Source: an uncultured Chloroflexia bacterium
Lineage (GTDB): Bacteria; Chloroflexota; Dehalococcoidia; DSTF01; JALHUB01
Reading direction: 5' to 3'
Length of the DNA: 64,000 bases
Assembly (NCBI GenBank): GCA_963726245.1
Contig: CAVSBT010000044.1
Location: 28,177 to 92,176 of the forward strand
Numbering within the stretch: the first letter of the stretch is position 1; each line of letters opens with the position of its first letter. Shown here piece by piece: positions 10,328 to 19,371 of this stretch. The notes under the pieces are model-generated. The model was given only the letters and a program-made list of their open reading frames with translations, was not told the DNA's origin and did not search any database. The position numbers and the translations under genes are program-made.

Positions 10328-10741
10328 ATGTCTACCGCCCCTACCTCCAGCAGCGATCCCAGCGAGTCCATCGCGCTCAAAGACCAGCCCACGGCTCAAG
10401 TCCACATTCCGGATGAGCTCCGCGTCGGCGTGCTGGCGGGCATGGAACACCACGAGCTGCGTCTGCAGGCCCACTTCCTGAGCTGCGACACCTGTCGCAA
10501 GGCTGGGCTGACGCTGGCCGACCTCGCCGATATGCCTGACGCCCGCTGCGCTCCCCAGCAGCCGATCACCTGCTGGCAGGCCCGCAACGCCCTCTTCCGC
10601 TTCTTCGACCAGGGGAGGACCCTGGACCCCGACGGCGTCGCCCACCTCAACGCCTGCGAATGCTGCCGGGACCACTTCCTGGAGCCGGCGCGCGCCCTCC
10701 GCGCCCTGGACGAAGAGTCCTCCGTCTCCGGACTAGACTAG
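10328..10741 (+). CDS. Hypothetical protein with two HxxxCxxC zinc-binding motifs
   Basis: GAGGTG RBS; HFLSCDTC and HLNACECC motifs. Confidence 0.7.
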   Translation: MSTAPTSSSDPSESIALKDQPTAQVHIPDELRVGVLAGMEHHELRLQAHFLSCDTCRKAGLTLADLADMPDARCAPQQPITCWQARNALFRFFDQGRTLDPDGVAHLNACECCRDHFLEPARALRALDEESSVSGLD

Positions 10742-10812
10742 CGCCGCTCACCCTGTCGACATGAACAGGCCCCGGACCTGAGGTCCGGGGCCGTCGTGTG
10801 TGTGCCCGACCG

Positions 10813-11100
10813 TTAGCTTGCCCGCGCCGCCCTGGCCCTCCGCCGTTCAGTCCCACGAGACCTCGCGACCTGCGCCGCATCCACGGTCAGTCTCGAGGCC
10901 TCATCGGCACGCTGAAGACCGATTTCAAGCACAGGTACGATCGCCGCGGGAAGAACGTCCTCGGGACTTTGGCCGATATTGACGGCGCTTATCCCGAATT
11001 TCACCACGATCCCCCAGAGCCCCTCCTCCAGGCCCGCCTTCCGAACCATCATTTCGGCAAGCTCTTTGTACGTAAACATGATTTGCTTGGTCTCAGCCAT
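10813..11100 (-). CDS. Hypothetical 95-aa protein, third gene of the hicAB-like operon
   Basis: GGGGAGG RBS before MAETKQ; the start overlaps the hicB-like stop. Confidence 0.7.
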   Translation of the reverse strand: MAETKQIMFTYKELAEMMVRKAGLEEGLWGIVVKFGISAVNIGQSPEDVLPAAIVPVLEIGLQRADEASRLTVDAAQVARSRGTERRRARAARAS

Positions 11101-11671
11101 GCTCGACCTCCCCTCGAGCCAGTACGCTTCGCGCTTGACGAGCTGTTGTATACTCCGTGGCGGGCACAACCACGCCAGCACCTAACCGCCCCGTTAAAGG
11201 TGCCCCCTCTGTGACGGCCTCCTGGATTACCTCCATTTGCAGGTAAGACCTGCGGCGGGTATAGACGCGAGCGAGGCGATCATCCAGCCGGTCCGCCAAA
11301 ACCGCCAGCAGATCCTCGGCACCCACTCGGGCCGCGATCGCTGACACGAGGAACTGGTTCAGACTCACTCCGTCGCGATGGGCAAATTCGGCAGCGCGCC
11401 TGTGCATGCTCCTGGGCAATCGCAGAGAGACGGTCCCGCTGTAGCCCTGGCTAGCAAAGGGCTCCGGAATCGCCATACCCTGAGAGTCAGCGCTATCCAC
11501 CCAGTTCTCGGCCGCTTCCTCTAAGTTCTCGTACGCTTCCTCGGGTGTATCACCCTCAGCGAAGCAACCCGCAAACTCCAGAACTTGGGCTGCATAGCGC
11601 CCTGAGTCATCCGGCATGATAACCCGCGCGTAGGGCTTTCGCAGGTACTGCACGGCAAGTTGGCTAGGCAT
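11093..11671 (-). CDS. hicB: HicB-family antitoxin with RHH domain and long C-terminal extension
   Basis: GCFAEGDTPEEA..NLEEA...IPEP...YSGTVSLRLPRSMH...GVSLNQ; AAGGAG RBS before MPSQ. Confidence 0.9.
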   Translation of the reverse strand: MPSQLAVQYLRKPYARVIMPDDSGRYAAQVLEFAGCFAEGDTPEEAYENLEEAAENWVDSADSQGMAIPEPFASQGYSGTVSLRLPRSMHRRAAEFAHRDGVSLNQFLVSAIAARVGAEDLLAVLADRLDDRLARVYTRRRSYLQMEVIQEAVTEGAPLTGRLGAGVVVPATEYTTARQARSVLARGEVEHG

Positions 11672-11936
11672 CTGCGACTCCTTCCTCGTAGTCCAAGTCT
11701 TCTTCAAGCACGTCGAGGATGTTGTCGACAGTAATGGGGCTCATCGCGCCCGGATGGTTTGGGATGGTGAGCGGCGGTCGCCCCTCTTTCACGAATGTCG
11801 GCTCCTTTCCCCGCTTGTGAGGCCACCGTCCCACGGAGCGAGCGATGCTCCTGAGTTCCTTGCTCTCAACATTAGCCTTGCGCAAGCGGACTCGCCCGAT
11901 CCGGAGGCGGAGCCTTCGAATCCTTTGCGGATTCAT
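11664..11936 (-). CDS. HicA-like toxin (dsRBD fold, predicted)
   Basis: 90-aa basic protein, KELRSIARSVG..KRGKEPTF..PPLTIPNHP, overlapping the hicB start. Confidence 0.65.
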   Translation of the reverse strand: MNPQRIRRLRLRIGRVRLRKANVESKELRSIARSVGRWPHKRGKEPTFVKEGRPPLTIPNHPGAMSPITVDNILDVLEEDLDYEEGVADA

Positions 11937-12115
11937 GGTATCGTATTTAATACCACAAGTCCGCTCGCATGTCAAGTATCGACAGGCCCAAATGGTCGCT
12001 TGAGGGGGGCAGTCCAAGGATTGTCGCGCTTGCCTTGCGCGCGACTGACCTGGTAGCTGTAGGCGCTGGGGTCGGCCGCCACGCCGAGAGGCACGAGGCC
12101 GTTGCGCGCCTCGCC

Positions 12116-12331
12116 CTAGTACAGCTTCACCAGCGTCACGGCCTTCACGGGGCAGCGCACGACGCACTGGTCGCAGAGGATGCACTCGTCCTCGTTGTCG
12201 GGGATGGAGTGGGCGGTGTCGCCGTCGTTGCGGAAGAAGATGTCGACGGGGCAGGACTGGACGCACTCGCGACATGTGGGCTCGCGGGCGCAGAGGTCGG
12301 CGTCTACCTCGAGCCGTACGAACATGGGCAC
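12116..12331 (-). CDS. 2x[4Fe-4S] ferredoxin
   Basis: C-x5-CxxCxxxCP and CxxCxxCxxxCP motifs. Confidence 0.9.
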   Translation of the reverse strand: MPMFVRLEVDADLCAREPTCRECVQSCPVDIFFRNDGDTAHSIPDNEDECILCDQCVVRCPVKAVTLVKLY

Positions 12332-12336
12332 GTCAG

Positions 12337-13236
12337 CTAACCTCCTAACGCCCCCTTCACCAGGGCCGGTATCTGCGAGAAGTCATCGGCCACGACGATG
12401 CCGGCCTCGCGCATGATGCGTGCCTTCTCGGCGGCCGTGTCCGCCTTCCCCTCCACGATCGAGCCGGCGTGGCCGAAGCGCACGCCCGGCATATCGGCCG
12501 TGAAGTGGCCGGCGATGAAGGCGACGATGGGCAGCGAGTTGCCCTCCCGCTGCACCCGCTCGGCCAGGGCGGCCTCCAGAGGCCCGCCCGGTTCGCAGAA
12601 TACGACCAGGGCTTTCGTATCGGGGTCCTTCTCCCACACGGGCAGCAGCTCGGCGAAGGTGCCGCCGATGATGGGGTCGCCGCCCATGCTCATGGCGGTG
12701 CTCTGACCGAGCCCGTTCTGCGTGAGCAGGTTCGAAAGCTCCGTGGTCATACCGCCGGAGCGCGACATGATGCCCACGGGGCCGGGCACGAAAGACTTGC
12801 GCGCGTCCTCGGCGGGACCGCCGATGGAGCCCACCTTGGTCTTGCCCGGCGAGATGAGCCCCATCGTGTTGGGCCCGATGACGCGGCTGCCCCGCAGCCG
12901 GGCCAGCTCCAGCACCTGCACCACGTCGCGCCGGGGTACCCTCTCGGTGACGATGACCAGCAGGGGCACGCCGGCCTCGATGGCCTCGAAGGCGGCATCG
13001 CGCACGAAGGGGGGCGGCACCGCCAGCACCGAGGCGTCCACGCGCTCCTTCTCCGTGATCTGGCGAACGCTGTCGTAGACGGGGACGCCCAGGACGTCGC
13101 GGCCGCCGCGGCCGGGGGTCACGCCGCCTACCACCTTCGCTCCATAGTCCAGCATGTCGCGGGTGAAGGAGACGGCTTCGCGGCCGGTGATACCCTGGAT
13201 GATGACGCTGGTATCCTTGTCGACGAGGATCGACAA
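12337..13236 (-). CDS. sucD: Succinyl-CoA ligase alpha subunit-like (ADP-forming acyl-CoA ligase)
   Basis: QGITG, IGPN, SRSGG, GGDP and FGHAG (phospho-His) motifs. Confidence 0.88.
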   Translation of the reverse strand: MSILVDKDTSVIIQGITGREAVSFTRDMLDYGAKVVGGVTPGRGGRDVLGVPVYDSVRQITEKERVDASVLAVPPPFVRDAAFEAIEAGVPLLVIVTERVPRRDVVQVLELARLRGSRVIGPNTMGLISPGKTKVGSIGGPAEDARKSFVPGPVGIMSRSGGMTTELSNLLTQNGLGQSTAMSMGGDPIIGGTFAELLPVWEKDPDTKALVVFCEPGGPLEAALAERVQREGNSLPIVAFIAGHFTADMPGVRFGHAGSIVEGKADTAAEKARIMREAGIVVADDFSQIPALVKGALGG

Positions 13237-13242
13237 CGCGAC

Positions 13243-14463
13243 CTACCTCTCTTTCGACATCTCCGCTGTGCCAGCCGGCAGACAGGCCCTCCGCGCCGCC
13301 TCGTCGATGGAGACGGTGCGGTCGAAGTACTCGACGCCGTAGTGGCGGAGGAGGCGGAAGCCCTCCTCCTCCCAGGCGCCGGGGATGCGGAAGGCGGCGA
13401 TGGTCTTCGCCGGGTCCCGCCCCGACTCGACGCAGCCCTTGATGACGCCCCGCGCCACCATGTCGACGCGCGTGTTGTTCACCACGTTCATGATCACCGC
13501 GATCTTCTCCACCCCAGGCTTGGAGAGGATGAGCTTGGTGAAACCAGCCACCTTGCGCACGCTTGGGTTGCCGCCGATCTCGCAGTAGTTGGCGGGCTGG
13601 CCGCCGTGACGACGGACGGCGTCGAAGGCGGTGAGGCTGGCGCCGCCGCCGCCGATGATCAGGCCCAGCGGGCCATCGAACTCCACCAGGCGGCCGGCGA
13701 CACCCCGGTGGTCGCTGGCGTCCACCTCGACGGCCTGCAGCTCCAGCGGCGTCGGCTGGCGGGCAGTGCGGCCGCCGGCGTCGACGCCCAGCGCCTCGAG
13801 CAGCGCCTTCTGCCGTCCTACCGCCTCGTCCTCCACCTCGATATGGCAGTCGAGCGCCGCGTAGGAGCCGTCCGCCAGACGGGCCAGCGGGTTGATCTCG
13901 GCCAGGGTCAGGTCGTGCTCCAGGAAGGCGCGGGCCAGGCGGAAGAGCACGCCCGTGAGGGCGGTGAGCTCGCCGCCGGAGATGCCCAGGGCTGCCACGC
14001 AGTCCTTGAACGGGAACTCGGTGAGAGGCAGGAGCGAGGAGAAGGTGCGGCGCGAGATGTGCTCCGGCTCCTTCTCGGCCACCTCCTCGATGTCGATGCC
14101 GCCGCGGTCGGAGACGATGGCCACGGGCAGCTTGGCCAGCGTGTCGTAGGTGACGCCCAGGTAGTACTCCTGGGCGACGGCGGCCCTCGGCTCGATGAGG
14201 ACGCCCACGGGCTGCCGGCCCCTGATCTCCAGCCCAAGGATGGCCTCTGCCGCCTGGCGAGCCTCGGCCGCGCTCTCGGCGAAGCGAATGCCGCCCGCCT
14301 TCATGCGGCCGCCCGAGAGGACCTGCGACTTCAGGACGGCCGGGAATCCGACCGAAGGCGCCGCGCCCGCCGCCTCATCGGCCGTGTGGGCGAGGCGGCC
14401 GGCGGGGATAGCTATCCCCTGGCGGGCCAGGAAGGCCTTGGCTTCGAACTCATAGAACCGCAC
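13243..14463 (-). CDS. sucC: Succinyl-CoA ligase beta subunit-like, divergent
   Basis: ATP-grasp KSQVLSGGRMKAGGI and EINPL motifs. The ligase loop reads GGGGASL..PANYCEIGGNP. Confidence 0.85.
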   Translation of the reverse strand: MRFYEFEAKAFLARQGIAIPAGRLAHTADEAAGAAPSVGFPAVLKSQVLSGGRMKAGGIRFAESAAEARQAAEAILGLEIRGRQPVGVLIEPRAAVAQEYYLGVTYDTLAKLPVAIVSDRGGIDIEEVAEKEPEHISRRTFSSLLPLTEFPFKDCVAALGISGGELTALTGVLFRLARAFLEHDLTLAEINPLARLADGSYAALDCHIEVEDEAVGRQKALLEALGVDAGGRTARQPTPLELQAVEVDASDHRGVAGRLVEFDGPLGLIIGGGGASLTAFDAVRRHGGQPANYCEIGGNPSVRKVAGFTKLILSKPGVEKIAVIMNVVNNTRVDMVARGVIKGCVESGRDPAKTIAAFRIPGAWEEEGFRLLRHYGVEYFDRTVSIDEAARRACLPAGTAEMSKER

Positions 14464-14509
14464 TAGCTGTCTCTCCGTCTAGGCTGATGGTCTGGGACCG
14501 TTTTGGGTT

Positions 14510-14597
14510 GCCACAGATTCACACAGATGAGACACAGATTCCCAGACCGCCGGAACCTGTTGCGGGCAATCTGTGTTTGTCTGTGCCCATCTGTGGC
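14510..14597. repeat. Intergenic inverted-repeat element built of ~10-bp CACAGAT units
   Basis: gccacagattcacacagatgagacacagatt ... aatctgtgtttgtctgtgcccatctgtggc. Confidence 0.8.
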
Positions 14598-14606
14598 TCA
14601 TGACTG

Positions 14607-16284
14607 CTACACGACGGCCAGGGCCCGGTACTCACCGAAGACCTTGCGCATGGCGTCCGACATCTCGCCCAGGGTGGCGTAGGCCTTCACCGCCTCCAGG
14701 ATTGCCGGCATGAGGTTGTCTTCGCCGCGCGCCGCCTCCTCCAGGCGGGCCAGCGAGGCCGCCACCGCCTGGTCGTCGCGCTCTGCCTTGAGGGCCCGCA
14801 GGCGCTCCTGCTGGGACCGCGCCACCTGGCTGTTGACTCGGAAGATGGTCTGCGGCCGCTCGCCCGCCTCGACGAAGCGGTTGACGCCCACCAGCACCCG
14901 CCGTCCCTCCTCCAGCTCCCGCTGCTGGGCCATCGCCGCCTCCTGGATCTCGCGCTGCATATAGCCGGACTCGATGGCGGCCACGGCGCCCCCCATGTCA
15001 TCGATGCGGTCCAGATACCGCTGCGCCGCTCGCTCCATCTCGTTGGTCAGGTGCTCCACGTAGTAGGAGCCGGCCAGGGGATCGACGGTGTCGGCGACGC
15101 CCGTCTCGTGGGCGATGATCTGCTGGGTGCGAAGGGCGATCCGCTGCGCCTCCTCGGTGGGGATGGCCAGGGCCTCATCGTAGCAGGAGAGGGCAAGGGA
15201 CTGGACGCCGCCCAGGACGGAGGCCAGGGCCTGGAGGGCGGCCCGCACGATGTTGTTCTCCGGCTGCTGGGCCGTGAGGGTGGCGCCGCCGGTCTGCACG
15301 TGGGTGCGGAGCATCCAGGAACGCGGGTCGCGGGCCCCAAAGCGCTCCTTCATCAGGCGGGCCCACCAGCGGCGCAGAGCCCGGTACTTCGCGATCTCCT
15401 CGAAGAAGTTGCTGTGGGTGTTGAAGATCCAGGAGATGCGAGGCGCGAACTCGTCGATGTCCACGCCTGCCTTCGTCACCGCCTCGATGTAGGCGATCGG
15501 CGTTCGCGAAGGCGAAAGCCATCTCCTGGACGGCGGTGGCGCCGGCGTCCCGGATGTGGTAGCCGCTGACGCTGATGCTGTTGAACCTGGGCAGCCGGCG
15601 AGCGCAGTAGGCGATGAGGTCGGCGGCCAGTCGCAGGGAGGGCCGCGGCGGGTAGATGTAGGTGCCACGGGCCACGTACTCCTTGAGCACGTCGTTCTGG
15701 GCGGTGCCCATGAGCTGCTCCGGCGCCACGCCCTGCTTCTCGCCGACGGCCACGTACATCGCGACCAGCACCGCAGCCGGGGCGTTGATGGTCATGGACG
15801 TGCTCACCTGGTCCAGGGGGATGCCGTCGAAGAGAAGCTCCATGTCCCGTAGCGAGTCGATGGCCACCCCCACCTGGCCCACCTCGGCCTCCGCCCACGG
15901 GTGGTCGGAGTCGTAGCCGCACTGGGTGGGCAGGTCGAAGGCCACCGAAAGGCCCGTCTGGCCCTGGCTGAGCAGGAAGCGAAAGCGCTCGTTAGTCTCT
16001 TCGGCGGCGCCGTAGCCGGCGTACTGGCGCATGGTCCAGAGCCGGCCGCGGTACATCGTAGGCTGGACGCCGCGTGTGAAGGGGTACTCCCCGGGATAGC
16101 CCAGGTCGCGCTCGTAGTCCAGGTCGGCGATGTCGAGCGGCGTGTAGAGGCGGCCGGTGGGCCCGACGCTGGTCGAGAAGTCGGCGTCGCGCTCGCCGCC
16201 GGCGTCCAGCGTCTTCGCCAGCGTCTCGTCCTCCCATCGCCGCAGCTCGCGGGCGACGTCTTTCGGCTTTCCGTTTCTACGCAC
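14607..16284 (-). CDS. Methylmalonyl-CoA mutase family, N-terminal (substrate-binding) subunit; 1-nt frameshift near 15498
   Basis: [34 protein letters not shown], then [16 protein letters not shown] and DPLAGSY in the second frame. Removing one base restores ANAIAYIE. GGAG RBS before GTG 16284. Confidence 0.9.
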
Positions 16285-16301
16285 GCGTCCGCTCCACCAG
16301 A

Positions 16302-17490
16302 CTAGACCACGCTTTCGCTTCTTCAGCCGCCCAATCTCCTCTTCGCTGAGACCAACCTCGCGGAGCCACTTGTCGGTGTGCTCCCCCAAGCGAGGCGGCG
16401 GCTTCTCGAGGGTTGGCGGCGTCGCCGATAGGTGGAACGGCGGCGCCACCACGTCGATATCCCCGGTGACTGGGTGATGCATGCGACGTCGCAGCCCCAG
16501 GTGCTGGACCTGCCGGTCGGCGAAGACGGCGGCTAGGTCGCGCACCTCGGCGCACGGCACGCTCTTCTCATCGAGGCGGCACACCGCCTCCACGGTTGTG
16601 AGCAGAGCAAAGCGCTTGTCGGCCAGCTCCTGAAGCTCCTCGCGGTGGGCCACGCGAGAGGCGTTGTCGACGAAGCGCGGATCCTCCAGCAGACCGCCCA
16701 GGTCCATGGCCAGGCAGAAACGCTCCCACTGAGGCTGATTCATGATGGAGACCGTAACCCAGCCGTCGGCGGTACGATAGGAGCCGTAGGGAACGACGGA
16801 CGGATGGGCGTTGCCCAGACGGGCCGGGTTCTGGCCGGTGACAAAGAAGCGACCGGCCTGGTAGGTGAGGAGGGCCACCGAACTCTCGATGAGAGAGGTA
16901 TCCACCATCTGCCCTTCCCCCGTCCGCTCGCGATGGAGGAGGGCAACCACGATGAGGTAGGCGGCGAACATGCCGGCCGAGATGTCCGACACGGCAGCGC
17001 CGGAGCGCATGGGGGCGCCGTCCGGCTCGCCGGTGAGGAACATGATGCCGGAATGAGCCTGGGCCATCAGGTCGAGCGACGGCTTGTCGCGGTCCGGTCC
17101 CGACTGGCCGAAGCCGGAGATGGCGCAGTAGATGACGCGGGGGTTAACCTTCCGCACCTCTTCGTAGGAGAGGCCCAGGCCTTCCATGCGTGCGGGCAGC
17201 GAGTTGTGCAGGAACACGTCCGACCGCTCGATGAGGCGTCGCAGGACGTCCCGCGCCCTCTCGTCTTTGAGGTTGAGGGTGATGCTCTCTTTGTTGCGGT
17301 TCAGGCTGAGGAAGTAGGAGCTTTGGCCATCCACGAACGGAGGGCCGTAGGCGCGGGAGTCGTCGCCGGTGCCGGGCGTCTCCACCTTGATGACCTCGGC
17401 GCCCAGGTCGCCGAGCATCTGGGCACAGAAGGGAGCGGCCAGCACCCGCCCCAGCTCGAGCACCCGTATTCCTTCGAGCGCCTGCCTCAT
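16302..17490 (-). CDS. CaiB/BaiF family III CoA transferase
   Basis: [33 protein letters not shown] and PP.LGEHT motifs. The natural end is probably ...VV* at 16302 if one extra A is removed. Confidence 0.9.
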
Positions 17491-17566
17491 GGCTTCGCCC
17501 CCAGGCCTGTCTCAACGCCCACCGAGCCCCACAGGGTGAGCCCTCAGAGAAGGATCACCTCTGGCG

Positions 17567-17851
17567 TCAGTACTCCTTGGTCTCCACCGCCTCGACGATC
17601 CGGGCTCGCGGGCTCTCAATGATCTGCCCTGCGACGCGACCCCACAGCTCGCGCAGCGCTGCGCTAAGGGCCTCCGCCTCGCTCAGATTATCGAACTCAA
17701 GGTCGATCATGACGTAGTTCGGGTTGTCGGCTGCTCGCATGACCCGGTAACGGCGCACGCCCGACCGCTCCCGGCCGGCAGGATCGCTGTCGAAGGCCCG
17801 CTTCCAGGCGTCGAAGTCGGGAACCGGGTGTTCGATCCGTAGGATGTGCAT
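17567..17851 (-). CDS. Small dimeric alpha/beta-barrel (ABM/cyclase-like) hypothetical protein
   Basis: H.V.DFDAWK.AFD.DP..R..SGV pattern; GAGGAG RBS. Confidence 0.75.
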   Translation of the reverse strand: MHILRIEHPVPDFDAWKRAFDSDPAGRERSGVRRYRVMRAADNPNYVMIDLEFDNLSEAEALSAALRELWGRVAGQIIESPRARIVEAVETKEY

Positions 17852-17920
17852 CTCGGCTCCTCACTTGAGGGGAACTTCAGTCTCGTCGAAGGCTGAGTCG
17901 GCACGGTCTGTTAGCATGTC

Positions 17921-17986
17921 AACGGATGCCGAACGGATTAGCGGATACGTCCCGATTGCCCATCCGTTTATCCGTTCCCCATCCGC
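17921..17986. repeat. Intergenic inverted-repeat element built of CGGAT units
   Basis: aacggatgccgaacggattagcggat ... atccgtttatccgttccccatccgc. Confidence 0.7.
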
Positions 17987-18008
17987 TGTGAGTCTTTCCT
18001 CCGTTCGT

Positions 18009-18031
18009 GGCGACCTGAAGGTCGCCGCTAC
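18009..18031 (-). repeat. GTAG-family REP hairpin
   Basis: Reverse complement reads GTAGCGGCGACCTTCAGGTCGCC. Confidence 0.7.
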
Positions 18032-18105
18032 GACGGTCCCACCCCTCCGTCATTCGCAGGTTCGGCGCGGGCGCGGCCGCCCGGGCCTTCAGCCCTGGGA
18101 CCGCC

Positions 18106-19161
18106 CTAGTGCGACCCGTTGCTATCGGGGACCAGCACTACCTTGCCCAGGATCTCGCTGTTCTCCATGATGAGCTGAGCCTGGCCGGTCTCACGGAGGG
18201 GGAACACCTCCGACACCACGGGCTTGATGTCACCCGTCTCCACGAATCGCATGGCCTGGATGAGCTCCGCCTTGCTGCCCAAGGTCGAACCCATGATCGT
18301 GAGCTGGCGGAAGAAGATGTGTCGCAGGTCGGTGAGCCCCTCGAAGCCGGAGGTGGCGCCGCTGGTAACGATAATACCGCCCCGACGCGCCGCTTGGACG
18401 CTGACGGGCCAGGTGGCTTCGCCGGGGTGCTCGAAGACGATGTCTGCGCCTTTGCGCGCCGTGATGCTCTTCACCTCTTCGAGGACATCCTGTTTCTTGC
18501 GGTTGATGAGGAACTCCGCGCCCAGCTTCCGGCAGGCCTCCAGCTTGTCGTCACTGGAGGCGACGGCGATCGGCCGGGCCTTGAAGAGCCGCGCGATCTG
18601 AATAGCCATGATGCCCAGGCCGCCGGCCGCGCCCCAGATGAGCACGAAGTCGCCCGGCTTCACCTGGGCGCGCGTCACCAGCTTGCGCCAGGCGGTGACC
18701 AGCACCAGCGGCAGCGAGGACGCCTCCTCCCAACTGAGGTTCTTGGGCTTGGGGATGACGTTGTAGGCCGGGACGCGGATCAACTCAGAGTGCGCGCCGT
18801 CGAGAGGCCCCGTCTGGAAGCCCCAGATGCGGAACTCCCGGCAGAACACGTCCTGCCCCGCGGCGCAGGCTTCGCACTGACGGCAGGAGAGGCCGCAGTG
18901 CACGACGACCTCATCGCCGGTCCGCACGTTGTGGACCTCGCTGCCCACCTGAACGACCTCGCCCGCGGCATCGCTTCCCGAGATGTGGGGAAAGGCGACA
19001 GCCAGGCCGGGCATGCCGCGCCGGGCCCAGATATCGTTGTAGTTGCAGGCCGTAGCCTTCAGCCGAACCAGCACATCGTTGGGCGCGACTTCGGGTTCGG
19101 GTATCTCCCGGTAGTGGAGGACTTCGATGCCCCCATGTTCGTCAAAGACTACGGCTTTCAT
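18106..19161 (-). CDS. Zinc-binding dehydrogenase (MDR), paralog of 1506..2543
   Basis: Shares CN(Y/F)ND(I/V)WARRG, HISGSD and GFQTGPLDG segments with the first copy. Confidence 0.9.
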   Translation of the reverse strand: MKAVVFDEHGGIEVLHYREIPEPEVAPNDVLVRLKATACNYNDIWARRGMPGLAVAFPHISGSDAAGEVVQVGSEVHNVRTGDEVVVHCGLSCRQCEACAAGQDVFCREFRIWGFQTGPLDGAHSELIRVPAYNVIPKPKNLSWEEASSLPLVLVTAWRKLVTRAQVKPGDFVLIWGAAGGLGIMAIQIARLFKARPIAVASSDDKLEACRKLGAEFLINRKKQDVLEEVKSITARKGADIVFEHPGEATWPVSVQAARRGGIIVTSGATSGFEGLTDLRHIFFRQLTIMGSTLGSKAELIQAMRFVETGDIKPVVSEVFPLRETGQAQLIMENSEILGKVVLVPDSNGSH

Positions 19162-19371
19162 GACCCCTCCCTCGCATCATCCCCTCTGTCGCGACCGCCC
19201 GCGGAGGCGCGCCCGCAACAGAGGGGAAGATAGCCAGAAAACCGGCCTCCGCCGGGAATGATGCCCCGCCGGAGGCTGACCTAAGCCACTGTTAATATTA
19301 TGTTACAACGAAAACGATGGAGCGGTCTAGATGCCAGGAGAGAACGTGGCCCCTAATATAAGGCATTTGCC

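Noticed and set aside
12469-14466. Long antisense ORFs (e.g. 12469..14466, 8747..9991, 30930..32336, 49573..51051, 5..496)
   Set aside because: Shadow frames of high-GC genes on the opposite strand, with no recognisable motifs.
15175-17490. 771-aa CaiB::methylmalonyl-CoA mutase fusion in the ORF track
   Set aside because: Removing one A near 16314 gives a normal CaiB end (KRSVV*), and the mutase has its own GGAG RBS and GTG at 16284. Probably an indel artefact, though not excluded without reads.
19289-19308. AT-rich imperfect palindrome TGTTAATATTATGTTACA upstream of the second MDR gene
   Set aside because: Could be an operator or just promoter sequence; too weak to assign.
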